Positions 44,216 through 53,206 of a stretch of 58,274 nt of DNA are shown one piece after another (position 1 is the stretch's first letter; the number at the start of each line of letters is the position of its first letter). The notes under the pieces are model-generated. The model saw only the letters and a list, made by a program, of their open reading frames with translations, was not told the DNA's origin and ran no database searches. The stretch covers positions 1 through 58,274 of the forward strand of contig JAZRJG010000014.1 in the NCBI GenBank assembly GCA_045645725.1. Direction: 5' to 3'. Position numbers and translations under genes: made by a program. Source of the stretch: Candidatus Enterousia sp. GTDB taxonomy: Bacteria > Pseudomonadota > Alphaproteobacteria > Rs-D84.

Positions 44216-45535
44216 ATGAAAATGCATAAAAATATTTTTGTTGGTTTTATGGCGTTATGTGTCGCGTCACCGGCGTTTGCCGATAAAGTGTCCGGGGAAG
44301 TTTCAACGTCATGGGGCAATCCATCGGTTAAGAAGTGTATTTCTACATTCCCAACGGAGTTTTCAATTGATAAAGATGGGCAATTCCAGGAAAAGATTAA
44401 TACATTGTTGCCCAGAACAATAAATGATAATGGTGTAGAGTTTTGTCCGATGTTGATTGGCAGTTATCGAAAAAATACAACCGATCGTCCTGCGTTGTAT
44501 GCTTACTATGCCAGTGGAAAAAGTGCAGCGGATTGTTTTTGGGTTTGTAAGGACGGCTTTGGTGGTAAAAATTGTTCTGTTGATTATTCAACAGGGGCAC
44601 AAACATGTGATGCGGTACCGTTAGATATCCCAAGAATGAGTGGCAATGATGACAATGGTTCGGTGAAAATGGCATACTTTTTCAAGGATCACTATGATTG
44701 CAGTAATAAGGTAAATGGACGAAAAACCAGTGATCAAAATAATTATCATTATGTTACGATGGGGGTTGAAAAAATATTAGAACACGGTGTGATTTCGCGT
44801 CCGGTTACGATACGCGCTTTTGGCCAAAAATCTGATAAAGGGTGGAATTATGCTCTGATGGAACCGATTGGTGCCGATTTCCATTTGTTGTGTAAAAATG
44901 GGTATAAACCAAATGTGGATAATTCGGCTTGTGTGCCAATTGATTCTGTGTTGTGTGATGCCACACCAATATGTGACGGTTGGGATCATGCGGTGTTCAA
45001 GGATACTAAAACGTATAAAAGAAAAAATGTAGATGGTTGTATTCAGTATCGTTGCGCCCAATCAGATTATGGTTTTGCTGGTGATCCTACAAGCGAAGAT
45101 TCTGCGCGTGAGTGTATAGAATGTTCGGCCGATGGTTATTATTCTGTGTTGTTGGATGATGGACGTTGTGAAATGCGTCCATTGGAAGACGGTAAAGGTG
45201 TCGAATACGATGAAAATGGTAATGTGGTGCAATTTGAATTGGAAAAGACCAGAAAGCGCGACATGATAAATAAAACGGGCGGTAAGTCAAATAAGCCATG
45301 TTGGCAGTATATGGTTGAAGATGAAGAAGAATTCAGGAATTGTTTGTCATCAGGCACGTCTTCGTCATCTTCGTCGTCATCATCTTCTTCGGGCTCTGCG
45401 ACATCATCACCTTCGGCGCCAACTACGTTTGGTATGCCTGTGAAGCCGTCGACTGGGTTGCCTGGTTCTGCTTCTCCGGTCATGTCACATCCGACATTGA
45501 CGTTGAATCCTGATGTGACGGTAACGACGATTTAA
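44216..45535 (+). CDS. secreted cysteine-rich protein with EGF-like Cys spacing and a poly-Ser tract (439 aa)
   Basis: Signal peptide MKMHKNIFVGFMALCVASPAFA. CFWVCKDGFGGKNC. SSGTSSSSSSSSSSSGSATSSPS near the C terminus. AGGTGG ribosome-binding site 12 nt after the paralog-2 stop. Confidence 0.75.
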   Translation: MKMHKNIFVGFMALCVASPAFADKVSGEVSTSWGNPSVKKCISTFPTEFSIDKDGQFQEKINTLLPRTINDNGVEFCPMLIGSYRKNTTDRPALYAYYASGKSAADCFWVCKDGFGGKNCSVDYSTGAQTCDAVPLDIPRMSGNDDNGSVKMAYFFKDHYDCSNKVNGRKTSDQNNYHYVTMGVEKILEHGVISRPVTIRAFGQKSDKGWNYALMEPIGADFHLLCKNGYKPNVDNSACVPIDSVLCDATPICDGWDHAVFKDTKTYKRKNVDGCIQYRCAQSDYGFAGDPTSEDSARECIECSADGYYSVLLDDGRCEMRPLEDGKGVEYDENGNVVQFELEKTRKRDMINKTGGKSNKPCWQYMVEDEEEFRNCLSSGTSSSSSSSSSSSGSATSSPSAPTTFGMPVKPSTGLPGSASPVMSHPTLTLNPDVTVTTI

Positions 45536-45546
45536 TTGTAAATACA

Positions 45547-45572
45547 ACACCCCGTTCGGGGTGTTTTTTTTA
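45547..45572 (+). terminator. rho-independent terminator
   Basis: ACACCCC-GTTC-GGGGTGT followed by T8. Confidence 0.85.
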
Positions 45573-45607
45573 TCCTTTTTTATTTTAAGAAAATATGCTT
45601 GTTGCCC

Positions 45608-45636
45608 CTTGAAAACTTTTTTTGCATAACTATATG
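45608..45636 (+). promoter_or_regulatory. candidate RpoH (sigma32)-type heat-shock promoter of dnaK (CTTG-N18-CTATAT)
   Basis: CCCCTTGAAAA...CTATATGG lies about 35 nt upstream of the dnaK ribosome-binding site. It resembles the alphaproteobacterial sigma32 consensus CTTG-N17/18-CYTATNT as I recall it. Confidence 0.45.
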
Positions 45637-45669
45637 GTGGGTAAAGCAAAAATTTTAAGGAGTAAACAA

Positions 45670-47559
45670 ATGGGAAAAGTAATTGGTATTGATTTAGGTA
45701 CAACTAATTCCGCCATGGCTTTTATGGACGGATCAGATCCAAAAATTATCGAAAATTCAGAAGGTCAACGTACAACGCCATCCGTTGTCGCTTTGACATC
45801 AAATGGTGAACAATTGGTCGGTATTACCGCAAAAAACCAAGCGGTTACAAATCCAGAAAATACTATATATGAAATTAAACGTTTGATGGGATTGCGTTTC
45901 GACAGTCCGGCCGTACGTGAAATTGCCGCACGTGTGCCATATAAAATTGTTGCCGGTGATAATGGTGATGCGTGGGTTGAAATGGATGGCAAAAAATATG
46001 CGCCTTCACAAGTGTCGGCTATGATTTTGGCAAAATTGAAAAAAGATGCAGAAAGTTATTTGGGCGAACCGGTGACAGATGCGGTTATTACTGTGCCGGC
46101 ATATTTTAATGATTCACAACGCCAGGCAACAAAAGACGCCGGTCGTATCGCAGGTTTGAATGTTTTGCGTATCGTTAATGAACCAACCGCAGCCGCATTG
46201 GCATATGGTTTGGACAAAGGTAAAGACGGTGTTATCGCAGTTTATGACTTGGGTGGTGGTACGTTCGACGTTTCTATCTTGGAAATTGTTGATGGTGTGT
46301 TCGAAGTAAAATCAACCAACGGTGATACTGCATTGGGTGGTTCGGATTTTGATGCACGTATCTTGGAACACTTAATCGCAGAATTCAAAGCACAATCGGG
46401 TATCGATTTGTCCGGTGATAAATTGGCGTTGCAACGTTTAAAGGAAGCCGCAGAAAAAGCAAAAATCGAATTGTCGTCTAAAACATCGACGGATATCAAT
46501 TTGCCATATCTGACCGCAGACGCAACGGGACCAAAGCACTTTAATACAACATTGACACGTGCGAAATTGGAATCTTTGGTTGCCGATTTGATTGAACGTA
46601 CAATTGAACCTTGCAAAAAGGCATTGAAAGATGCGGGTTTGGATAAATCACAAATTAACGAAGTTATCTTGGTCGGTGGTCAAACACGTATGCCAAAAGT
46701 TGCAGAAACGGTTAAAGAATTCTTTGGTCGTGAACCACACAAGGGTGTTAACCCAGACGAAGTTGTCGGTATGGGTGCCGCAATCCAAGGTGGTGTGTTA
46801 AAAGGCGATGTAAAAGACGTTCTGTTGTTGGACGTTACACCTTTGTCTTTGGGTATCGAAACATTGGGTGGTGTGTTCACACGTTTGATTGACCGTAATA
46901 CAACAATTCCAACAAAAAAATCACAGGTGTTCAGTACCGCAGAAGATAACCAATCGGCTGTGACCATTCGTGTGTTCCAAGGTGAACGTGATATGGCCGC
47001 AGATAATAAATTGTTGGGTCAGTTTAATTTAGAAGGTATTGCGCCTGCCCCACGTGGAATGCCACAAATTGAAGTGTCTTTTGATATCGACGCAAATGGT
47101 ATCGTTCATGTGTCTGCAAAAGATAAAGGTACAGGTAAAGAACAGGCGATTTCTATTAAATCAGACGGTGGTTTGTCCGAAGATGAAATCCAACGTATGG
47201 TTGATGAAGCCGCAGCAAATGCCGAAGCCGATAAGAAAAAACGCGAATTGGTAGAGGCAAAAAATACAGCAGAAACAGCCGTGTTTAGCATCGAAAAATC
47301 GTTAAAAGAACATGGTGATAAAATCAGCGAAGACGATAAAAAAGCCATCGAAGATGCAAAAAAAGAATTGGCAGATGAAATCGCAAAGGTTGATGCAACT
47401 GCGGAATCTTTGAAGGCAAAAACAGATGCGTTAACAGAAAAAGCAATGAAGTTGGGTGAAGCGGTCTATAAAGCCGCACAGGCCGAACAGCAAGCGTCAG
47501 AAGGTGCAGAAAAGAAAAACGAAGATGGCACAGTTGATGCAGATTTTTCTGAAAAATAA
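45670..47559 (+). CDS. dnaK: molecular chaperone DnaK (Hsp70)
   Basis: Start at [14 protein letters not shown] after [28 protein letters not shown]. 629 aa. Confidence 0.98.
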   Translation: MGKVIGIDLGTTNSAMAFMDGSDPKIIENSEGQRTTPSVVALTSNGEQLVGITAKNQAVTNPENTIYEIKRLMGLRFDSPAVREIAARVPYKIVAGDNGDAWVEMDGKKYAPSQVSAMILAKLKKDAESYLGEPVTDAVITVPAYFNDSQRQATKDAGRIAGLNVLRIVNEPTAAALAYGLDKGKDGVIAVYDLGGGTFDVSILEIVDGVFEVKSTNGDTALGGSDFDARILEHLIAEFKAQSGIDLSGDKLALQRLKEAAEKAKIELSSKTSTDINLPYLTADATGPKHFNTTLTRAKLESLVADLIERTIEPCKKALKDAGLDKSQINEVILVGGQTRMPKVAETVKEFFGREPHKGVNPDEVVGMGAAIQGGVLKGDVKDVLLLDVTPLSLGIETLGGVFTRLIDRNTTIPTKKSQVFSTAEDNQSAVTIRVFQGERDMAADNKLLGQFNLEGIAPAPRGMPQIEVSFDIDANGIVHVSAKDKGTGKEQAISIKSDGGLSEDEIQRMVDEAAANAEADKKKRELVEAKNTAETAVFSIEKSLKEHGDKISEDDKKAIEDAKKELADEIAKVDATAESLKAKTDALTEKAMKLGEAVYKAAQAEQQASEGAEKKNEDGTVDADFSEK

Positions 47560-47580
47560 TTGAATATAAAAATATATTAA

Positions 47581-47606
47581 AAACGCCCTGCTTTTGGGCG
47601 TTTTTT
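47581..47606 (+). terminator. rho-independent terminator after dnaK
   Basis: ACGCCC-TGCTTT-(T)GGGCGT followed by T6. Confidence 0.8.
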
Positions 47607-47607
47607 G

Positions 47608-47637
47608 TTGACAATATGATTGATAACTGGCTATAGT
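47608..47637 (+). promoter_or_regulatory. candidate sigma70 promoter (TTGACA-N18-TATAGT)
   Basis: Consensus -35 hexamer and a near-consensus -10, about 27 nt upstream of the next start codon. Confidence 0.4.
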
Positions 47638-47663
47638 TTGGACGGTTGTAAAAGGATGAAAAA

Positions 47664-48104
47664 ATGAAAGATGTACGTGTGGTTTGTGCGTTGGCTGAAA
47701 AGTCACTGGGGCGCAAATCGGGTGCAACTGTATTGTCAACAGATATGAGATTCGATGATCTGGGGTTAGATTCTTTGGATCGTGCGGGGATGTTAATCGA
47801 TTTGGAACGTCATTATAAAATTGATGTGCCGGATGAACTGTGTGCACGTATCGAAACCGTTGCAGATATGGTGCAATGTATCAAAGATATCAAAGGTGGA
47901 ATCGAATTTAAAAATATCTTGCGTAAAAAACATGGGCGCAGTATTGCAAAAATACCAACCGCAATGGGAAACTATATTGTTCATCAGGGGGTTGTGTATT
48001 GTCGTGCAAATGGTCAACCATGTGCAATGCAGATTGATCCGTATTCGCAAGCGTGGCCAAATGTGTGTAAAATGGTTAAGTGTGCGTTGGAAAAACAAAG
48101 ATAA
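47664..48104 (+). CDS. acyl-carrier-protein-like domain fused to a Cys-containing C-terminal extension (146 aa)
   Basis: FDDLGLDSLDRAGMLIDLERHY is the ACP phosphopantetheine-attachment motif (DSL). The extra ~65 aa contain 4 Cys. Confidence 0.7.
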   Translation: MKDVRVVCALAEKSLGRKSGATVLSTDMRFDDLGLDSLDRAGMLIDLERHYKIDVPDELCARIETVADMVQCIKDIKGGIEFKNILRKKHGRSIAKIPTAMGNYIVHQGVVYCRANGQPCAMQIDPYSQAWPNVCKMVKCALEKQR

Positions 48105-48132
48105 ACGGGATTTAATTTAAATCCCGTTTTTT
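48104..48132. terminator. bidirectional terminator between convergent genes
   Basis: AACGGGATTTAA/TTTAAATCCCGTT palindrome followed by a T-run. Confidence 0.75.
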
Positions 48133-49210
48133 ATTTCTGTTCGCCCAGATATATGCCCATATCGTATGCAACAGATAACAATGGGTCGTCCGGTGATACA
48201 TATGCGTTTGATGTCATTAAGTCCGGTATCTTTGGGTCGTGGACGACTTCGCCCGCGGCGATAAATTCCGATAAAGGTACGGTTGTAACCGTGTCGTTCA
48301 TTAATGCCGTCATAACGTATGTTTCATTGTTTTCAATCGCGTTTAATGCGCAATCGGCAAAGCGTGTCGCCAAAATGCGGTCGGCCGCCGTTGTGTCGCC
48401 TGCCCTTTGTGTGTGTTCGGGAAATGCTGTGCGGTTTGTTATGCCGGCGGCCGTTAATTTGCGTGAAATCATATCTGCGGGACGGCCCGAATGACCACGT
48501 AAAGATATGCCTTCGGATACGATTATTATACCGTAATCTGTTTGGGCATTTTTGATGTGCCGTATTAAAGCGTTAATATCAAATTTAATTTCCGGTATTA
48601 ATATTGCGTTTGCGCCAACCGCAACACCCGCATTTAATGCCAATTGACCACAATCACGTCCCATGGCTTGGACAACAAACCATCTGTGGTGGCTGCGTGC
48701 GGTTAACATTAATTGGTCACAGAAAGATGTTAATTGCTGAACAGCGGTGTCAAACCCGATTGTACGTTCGGTCAAAGGCATATCCATATCTATGGTTTTT
48801 GGGATGCATATCAATTGTAAGTCGCGATAAATTTCACGATTTGCCCATGCCAAAGATAAACTGCCGTTGCCACCAATTAATACCAGTGCATCTAAATTCA
48901 ATGATTTTAGTGATTTTTGTAATTGGCGATTAAATGTCGCAATGCGGCCGGTTTCGGCGGCGGTTTCGAAATTCAGTGCATTTGCACGACCATTGTGAAG
49001 AAAACTGCCCGCCAAACGTGCGTTTTCAATCGGTAATAATAAATCATTTAACTCGATCACGGCCGGTGGCGTAACACACAGACCATCTGTACCGTCCAAT
49101 ATGCCCAAAGTACGCCATCCACGCAGTGATGCGCCACGTACAATACGTTGAATTGCCGTGTTCAGACCACTGCAATCACCACCAGTTGTCATAATGCCAA
49201 TTGTTTTCAT
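48131..49210 (-). CDS. pfk: 6-phosphofructokinase
   Basis: 359 aa. MTTGGDCSGLNTAI, LVLIGGNGS, IPKTIDMDM (PKTIDND-like) motifs. Confidence 0.88.
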   Translation of the reverse strand: MKTIGIMTTGGDCSGLNTAIQRIVRGASLRGWRTLGILDGTDGLCVTPPAVIELNDLLLPIENARLAGSFLHNGRANALNFETAAETGRIATFNRQLQKSLKSLNLDALVLIGGNGSLSLAWANREIYRDLQLICIPKTIDMDMPLTERTIGFDTAVQQLTSFCDQLMLTARSHHRWFVVQAMGRDCGQLALNAGVAVGANAILIPEIKFDINALIRHIKNAQTDYGIIIVSEGISLRGHSGRPADMISRKLTAAGITNRTAFPEHTQRAGDTTAADRILATRFADCALNAIENNETYVMTALMNDTVTTVPLSEFIAAGEVVHDPKIPDLMTSNAYVSPDDPLLSVAYDMGIYLGEQK

Positions 49211-49321
49211 GAATTTCCCCCGATTTTTGCCACTATTATATCATAAATAAGTTGACAAAGAAATATTATTTGTAATAATTTGTCTAAAAGTAAAAATAAT
49301 TGAAATTTCAGGAGTATCGGT

Positions 49322-50452
49322 ATGGCCAAAAATAATATGGGAAAAACCAAACGTTCAACAGACGATTTGATTAATGATGCAATTTCACAACAAAATGATT
49401 GGTTGGAAAATCGTCGTGAATATACGCGTGGTTTCTTGAAAAAGTTGAACTTGTTTGCGCGCCCGGCCCCCGATAAAGAAAAAAATGCGGAAAATGTCAC
49501 AGATGATAAAGATAAACAAAAATCTGTGTTGCGTGCATATTGGTTGCCGATTGCGTGTGCGGTTTTGGTGTTGTTAATTATTGCATGGGCGTTGTTTATT
49601 CGTGGTGAAACGGTATCACGTGTTGTTGTTGTGCCAAATATCCCAGAACGCGCCGTTCAGACGATTAAAAAAGCCGATGTTCCACAGTTTGATATCGTTC
49701 GTGTTGAAAAAAATGGAAATATTGTTATCGCAGGTCGTTGGTTGCCACATCAAAATATTTCTGTGATGGTAAATGGTAAAATTGTTGCAACAGAACGCAC
49801 AAACTATGCCGGTGAATTTGTTTATACGCCAAATACACCATGGGTGGCGGGAAATTATACAATCGCACTGTTGGGTGATGAACCCGAAGTTAAATCTTCG
49901 GACAAAGTTTTTGTTTATGTATCCGAACACGGTGCAGATAATTCGGTGTCTTTGTTAATGACAAAAGATGGCAGTACTTTGTTGCAATCGCCACATGTTC
50001 TGCATGATGGTGATTTGGTCGTAACCAAAATTGATTATTTAGATACAGGTCGTATCGTTGTGTCTGGTAATTCTTTGCCACGTTTGCGTGTTTCTTTGAC
50101 ATTAAATGATAAATATTTGGGCTTTGCACGTGTGTCCGACCATAAACACTTTGGGTTGGGGGCGGATGTTGGTGATTTAAAGTCCGGTGAAAAATATGAA
50201 ATGATGGTGCGTTTGCATGATGGCGATGGTAAAACAATCGCAAATGTTCGTCATGAATTTGTAATGCCAGAAACGACGGGAAATGACGATACGTATTATA
50301 CGGTACGCCGTGGCGATTGTTTGTGGATTATTGCGCGTAATTTTATGCGTCGTGGAATTTTGTTTAGCATTATTGCCGAACGTAATGGTATTTCAAATCC
50401 GGATTTAATACATCCAAAGCAATTGTTACAAATTCCTGTGGATGAACAATAA
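49322..50452 (+). CDS. membrane-anchored LysM-domain peptidoglycan-binding protein
   Basis: 376 aa. TM segment WLPIACAVLVLLIIAWALFI. C-terminal LysM YYTVRRGDCLWIIARNF...GISNPDLIHPKQLLQIP. Confidence 0.8.
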   Translation: MAKNNMGKTKRSTDDLINDAISQQNDWLENRREYTRGFLKKLNLFARPAPDKEKNAENVTDDKDKQKSVLRAYWLPIACAVLVLLIIAWALFIRGETVSRVVVVPNIPERAVQTIKKADVPQFDIVRVEKNGNIVIAGRWLPHQNISVMVNGKIVATERTNYAGEFVYTPNTPWVAGNYTIALLGDEPEVKSSDKVFVYVSEHGADNSVSLLMTKDGSTLLQSPHVLHDGDLVVTKIDYLDTGRIVVSGNSLPRLRVSLTLNDKYLGFARVSDHKHFGLGADVGDLKSGEKYEMMVRLHDGDGKTIANVRHEFVMPETTGNDDTYYTVRRGDCLWIIARNFMRRGILFSIIAERNGISNPDLIHPKQLLQIPVDEQ

Positions 50453-50469
50453 TAAGTGGGAGGGGGATT

Positions 50470-50899
50470 ATGCAGGCGAAAGAATTATTAATGTTGTTTA
50501 AATCGTTAGAGCAGAACCCCGAACAGTTAAATAGACGACATTTAAAGAAATTATATGCTTTGTTGATTGCGGCGGGGCAATACCCCATATGCCCATGGTG
50601 CCAAGAATACATATACGATATAAAGGATTTTACATGGGATCATATCGTGCCAAAAGCCGCGGGGGGGGGGCGATTCCTTGGATAACCTGCAACCAATGCA
50701 CAAGCATTGTAATAACGCATCCAAATGCGATTGTGTGTATCAGGTGGAATATCATTATGATATACAATCTGAATTGGAAGAAACTGTTTTAAGTGTACGC
50801 GTTGCGGTTTGCAAAAGACAAGAACCAAAACGTGATAAAAAGAAAGTAAGATATAATAATAACAAGCGTCGCACCAATGGTCGTGGTAAACGCAGATAA
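50470..50899 (+). pseudogene. HNH endonuclease gene interrupted by a +1 frameshift in a G10 homopolymer (50661-50670)
   Basis: Frame 1 gives ...CPWC...DHIVPKAAGGG, then a stop. The next frame continues DNLQPMHKHCNNASK. A G9 tract would yield DHIVPKAAGGGDSLDNLQPMHKHCNN, a canonical HNH core of about 142 aa. Confidence 0.8.
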
Positions 50900-50919
50900 A
50901 AAGAATCACAGAACATAAT

Positions 50920-51729
50920 ATGAAAAGAATACCAGATGCAGAATTAACGCCGGAACAATTGGCGAAACGTGAAAAACGCAGACGATATCTGGCGGCAAAT
51001 CGTGAAAAAACGGCGGCCCAGAAACGTGATTATTATATGCGTAATGCGGAAAAAATGCGTGAAAATGCCAGACGTTATTTGAAAACTTTGACATTAGAAG
51101 AACGTATCGAGAAAAATAAAAGTTATCGGGAACGTCATGCAGATGAAATCAGTGAACGTCGTAAAGCAAGATATGCCAAAAATCCGGAAAAATATAAAAA
51201 ACGGTCCAAGGCATACTATGATGCTTTGACGCCGGAACAAAAACGGGTGCGTGCCATTGGTAAACGTGACAGCGCCAAAGCGTGGATCGATAGAAATCGT
51301 GAACATGTTTTGGCGACGGCCAAGAAATATTATCAAGAAAATCGTGAACATAAATTAGAGTATGGCGCCAAGTACGCCCAAGAGCATGCAGAAGAAATTC
51401 GTGCGCATCAGGCCGCATGCCGTCGTGAAAAACAACGTGCGGGTCAAATGTGCTCTGCTTTTATGTTTACAGAATATTTAAGGTTAAAAGAAAATGCACG
51501 ATTTGTCGCAGTGTATAAGCCAAAGACAAATCTGGCGCATTTGGCGGCAAAAACATGTGGGGCGATAAAATCGGGTGATTTTCATATGTGCCCAATTTGC
51601 AGAACGCCCAGAATGCATAATGCAACAATGAAGTCGGCCTGCCCTATGCCACATGTGTTTGAATTTGAAGATGCGATTGCGCAAATTCGCAAATTCGCAA
51701 AACAAATCGTTGCAGAGAATAAAAGATAG
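50920..51729 (+). CDS. highly basic protein with degenerate R..Y...N.EK repeats and a C-terminal Cys/His cluster (269 aa)
   Basis: RRRYLAANREK, RDYYMRNAEK, KARYAKNPEK, AKKYYQENRE and EYGAKYAQEHAE repeats. The tail reads CGAIKSGDFHMCPIC...H...CPMPH. Confidence 0.65.
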   Translation: MKRIPDAELTPEQLAKREKRRRYLAANREKTAAQKRDYYMRNAEKMRENARRYLKTLTLEERIEKNKSYRERHADEISERRKARYAKNPEKYKKRSKAYYDALTPEQKRVRAIGKRDSAKAWIDRNREHVLATAKKYYQENREHKLEYGAKYAQEHAEEIRAHQAACRREKQRAGQMCSAFMFTEYLRLKENARFVAVYKPKTNLAHLAAKTCGAIKSGDFHMCPICRTPRMHNATMKSACPMPHVFEFEDAIAQIRKFAKQIVAENKR

Positions 51730-51945
51730 TGGGATAAAAAATGGAAAAGAAATTAGTAAGTTTTAGTTTGGCGGATGATGTTAAATCTGCGGCACCGGCG
51801 GGGTATGTAGAATCGTTGGAAAAATTAGTTAATGATATCATGATTCCACGTGAATTGGAAAAGATGTGCACCCAAGAAGGTCGTGTGTACAACCATAGTT
51901 TTGCAGATTATCAAAAAATGGCACGTGATATTTGGGGTGATACAA
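51718..51945 (+). repeat. duplicated 5' module, copy A (23 nt upstream of the ATG plus the first 205 nt of the gene)
   Basis: Roughly 90% identical by eye to 52979-53206, at the same offset from the start codon. Confidence 0.9.
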
Positions 51946-52970
51946 TATCTGTCACGATAAAAAATGCTCCACATCGGGTTTTGTGTGGATCTGTGGGCAG
52001 TGCAAATCATCAAAATGCAGGTTATCATACATATTGGCGATTGATTGCCGATGATGGTACGTATTCTTATCAGGCGCAAGAACAACACTGTGCGGCCGAA
52101 TGTATATGTAAAGAGTTGCAAGTATTTGCAAATCAAAATAATGGCAGATTGCAATGGTTGGTCAAGAGTTTGTTGGCAAAACAAATTGGTTATCAGGCAT
52201 TGCGTCAAAAAATGGGTCTGCAACCTGTGTGTTTTGGGCCGAAAGATGAAATAAAATCGATTTATAATATTAAGAAAGGGGCAACGATTTCTGGGGGCGC
52301 AATGTTGGTTAATGATGTGTTCTTGAATACTTCGTGGGATGATCAGATGCGTAGAATTGCGGACAAGGTGTCGTATGGATTGCGTGCGTTGGCACCATTG
52401 TTGTGTGATGGCTCTGTAATTGATGGTGATAGCAGTAAAAATTGTATTTTTGTTAGTCATCCAAGCCTTAGATGTGAAGAAGATATTGTGGGATCCTCTT
52501 ATTATAAGCATAGTGTGGATCATTGTTTGTATCGTAAGAATTATTTGCTTGATCCGGGTGTGCATGAATTGGCAAGAATCATAAATAATAAGATTGAGTT
52601 TGGTCGTAGATTGCGTGGTAGCGGTAATGTGGTCGAAACTGAACCTGTTGTGCCGGGGGTAACGGGCGCAAAAAATCATAGTGATGTTTGTGATAATGTA
52701 GTGACTTCTACGCTAGAATCGTGTGTTCGGTTTCCTTTCCTGCAAAATGGAAATAAAACTTTAATATGGGCGGGGATTACATGCGTTTCATTTGCTGGAT
52801 TTTTGATGTGCGTTTCATTGGCAAAGCGGTGTGCCGAAGAATTGGTAGCCGAGAGAGAAAAATCACATAAAAAGGAAATCGTGATAGATAGGCCAGATTC
52901 TGTACATAATCAGCGTGGTGATATTGAATGGCATAATGTATCAAATGCACGTAATGGACACAGCAGATAG
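51741..52970 (+). CDS. hypothetical protein, tandem mosaic paralog A (409 aa, C-terminal TM)
   Basis: The N-terminal ~68 aa are nearly identical to the next gene's. TM segment LIWAGITCVSFAGFLMCVSLA near the C terminus. Confidence 0.65.
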   Translation: MEKKLVSFSLADDVKSAAPAGYVESLEKLVNDIMIPRELEKMCTQEGRVYNHSFADYQKMARDIWGDTISVTIKNAPHRVLCGSVGSANHQNAGYHTYWRLIADDGTYSYQAQEQHCAAECICKELQVFANQNNGRLQWLVKSLLAKQIGYQALRQKMGLQPVCFGPKDEIKSIYNIKKGATISGGAMLVNDVFLNTSWDDQMRRIADKVSYGLRALAPLLCDGSVIDGDSSKNCIFVSHPSLRCEEDIVGSSYYKHSVDHCLYRKNYLLDPGVHELARIINNKIEFGRRLRGSGNVVETEPVVPGVTGAKNHSDVCDNVVTSTLESCVRFPFLQNGNKTLIWAGITCVSFAGFLMCVSLAKRCAEELVAEREKSHKKEIVIDRPDSVHNQRGDIEWHNVSNARNGHSR

Positions 52971-52978
52971 TTGTAGAA

Positions 52979-53206
52979 AATAAAAGATAATAGGATAAAA
53001 AATGGAAAAGAAATTAGTAAGTTTTAGTTTGGCGGATGGTGTTAAATCTGTGGCGCCAGCAGGGTATGTAGAATCGCTGGAAAAGTTAGTTAATGATATC
53101 GTGATTCCACGTGAATTGGAAAAGATGTGCACCCAAGAATGTCGTGTGTACAATTATGATTTTGCAGATTATCAAAAATTGGCACGTGATATTTGGGGTG
53201 ATACAA
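52979..53206 (+). repeat. duplicated 5' module, copy B
   Basis: See 51718-51945. Further short islands of identity occur downstream (for example about 52207-52270 versus about 53467-53535). Confidence 0.9.

Noticed and set aside
51825-52679. 284-aa minus-strand ORF. Similar long antisense ORFs occur at 30399-31100, 39913-40614, 42752-43420 and 55578-56201.
   Set aside because: Each lies opposite a gene with recognisable motifs or a paralog and has C/A-rich, Ile/Thr/His/Arg-heavy low-information translations.
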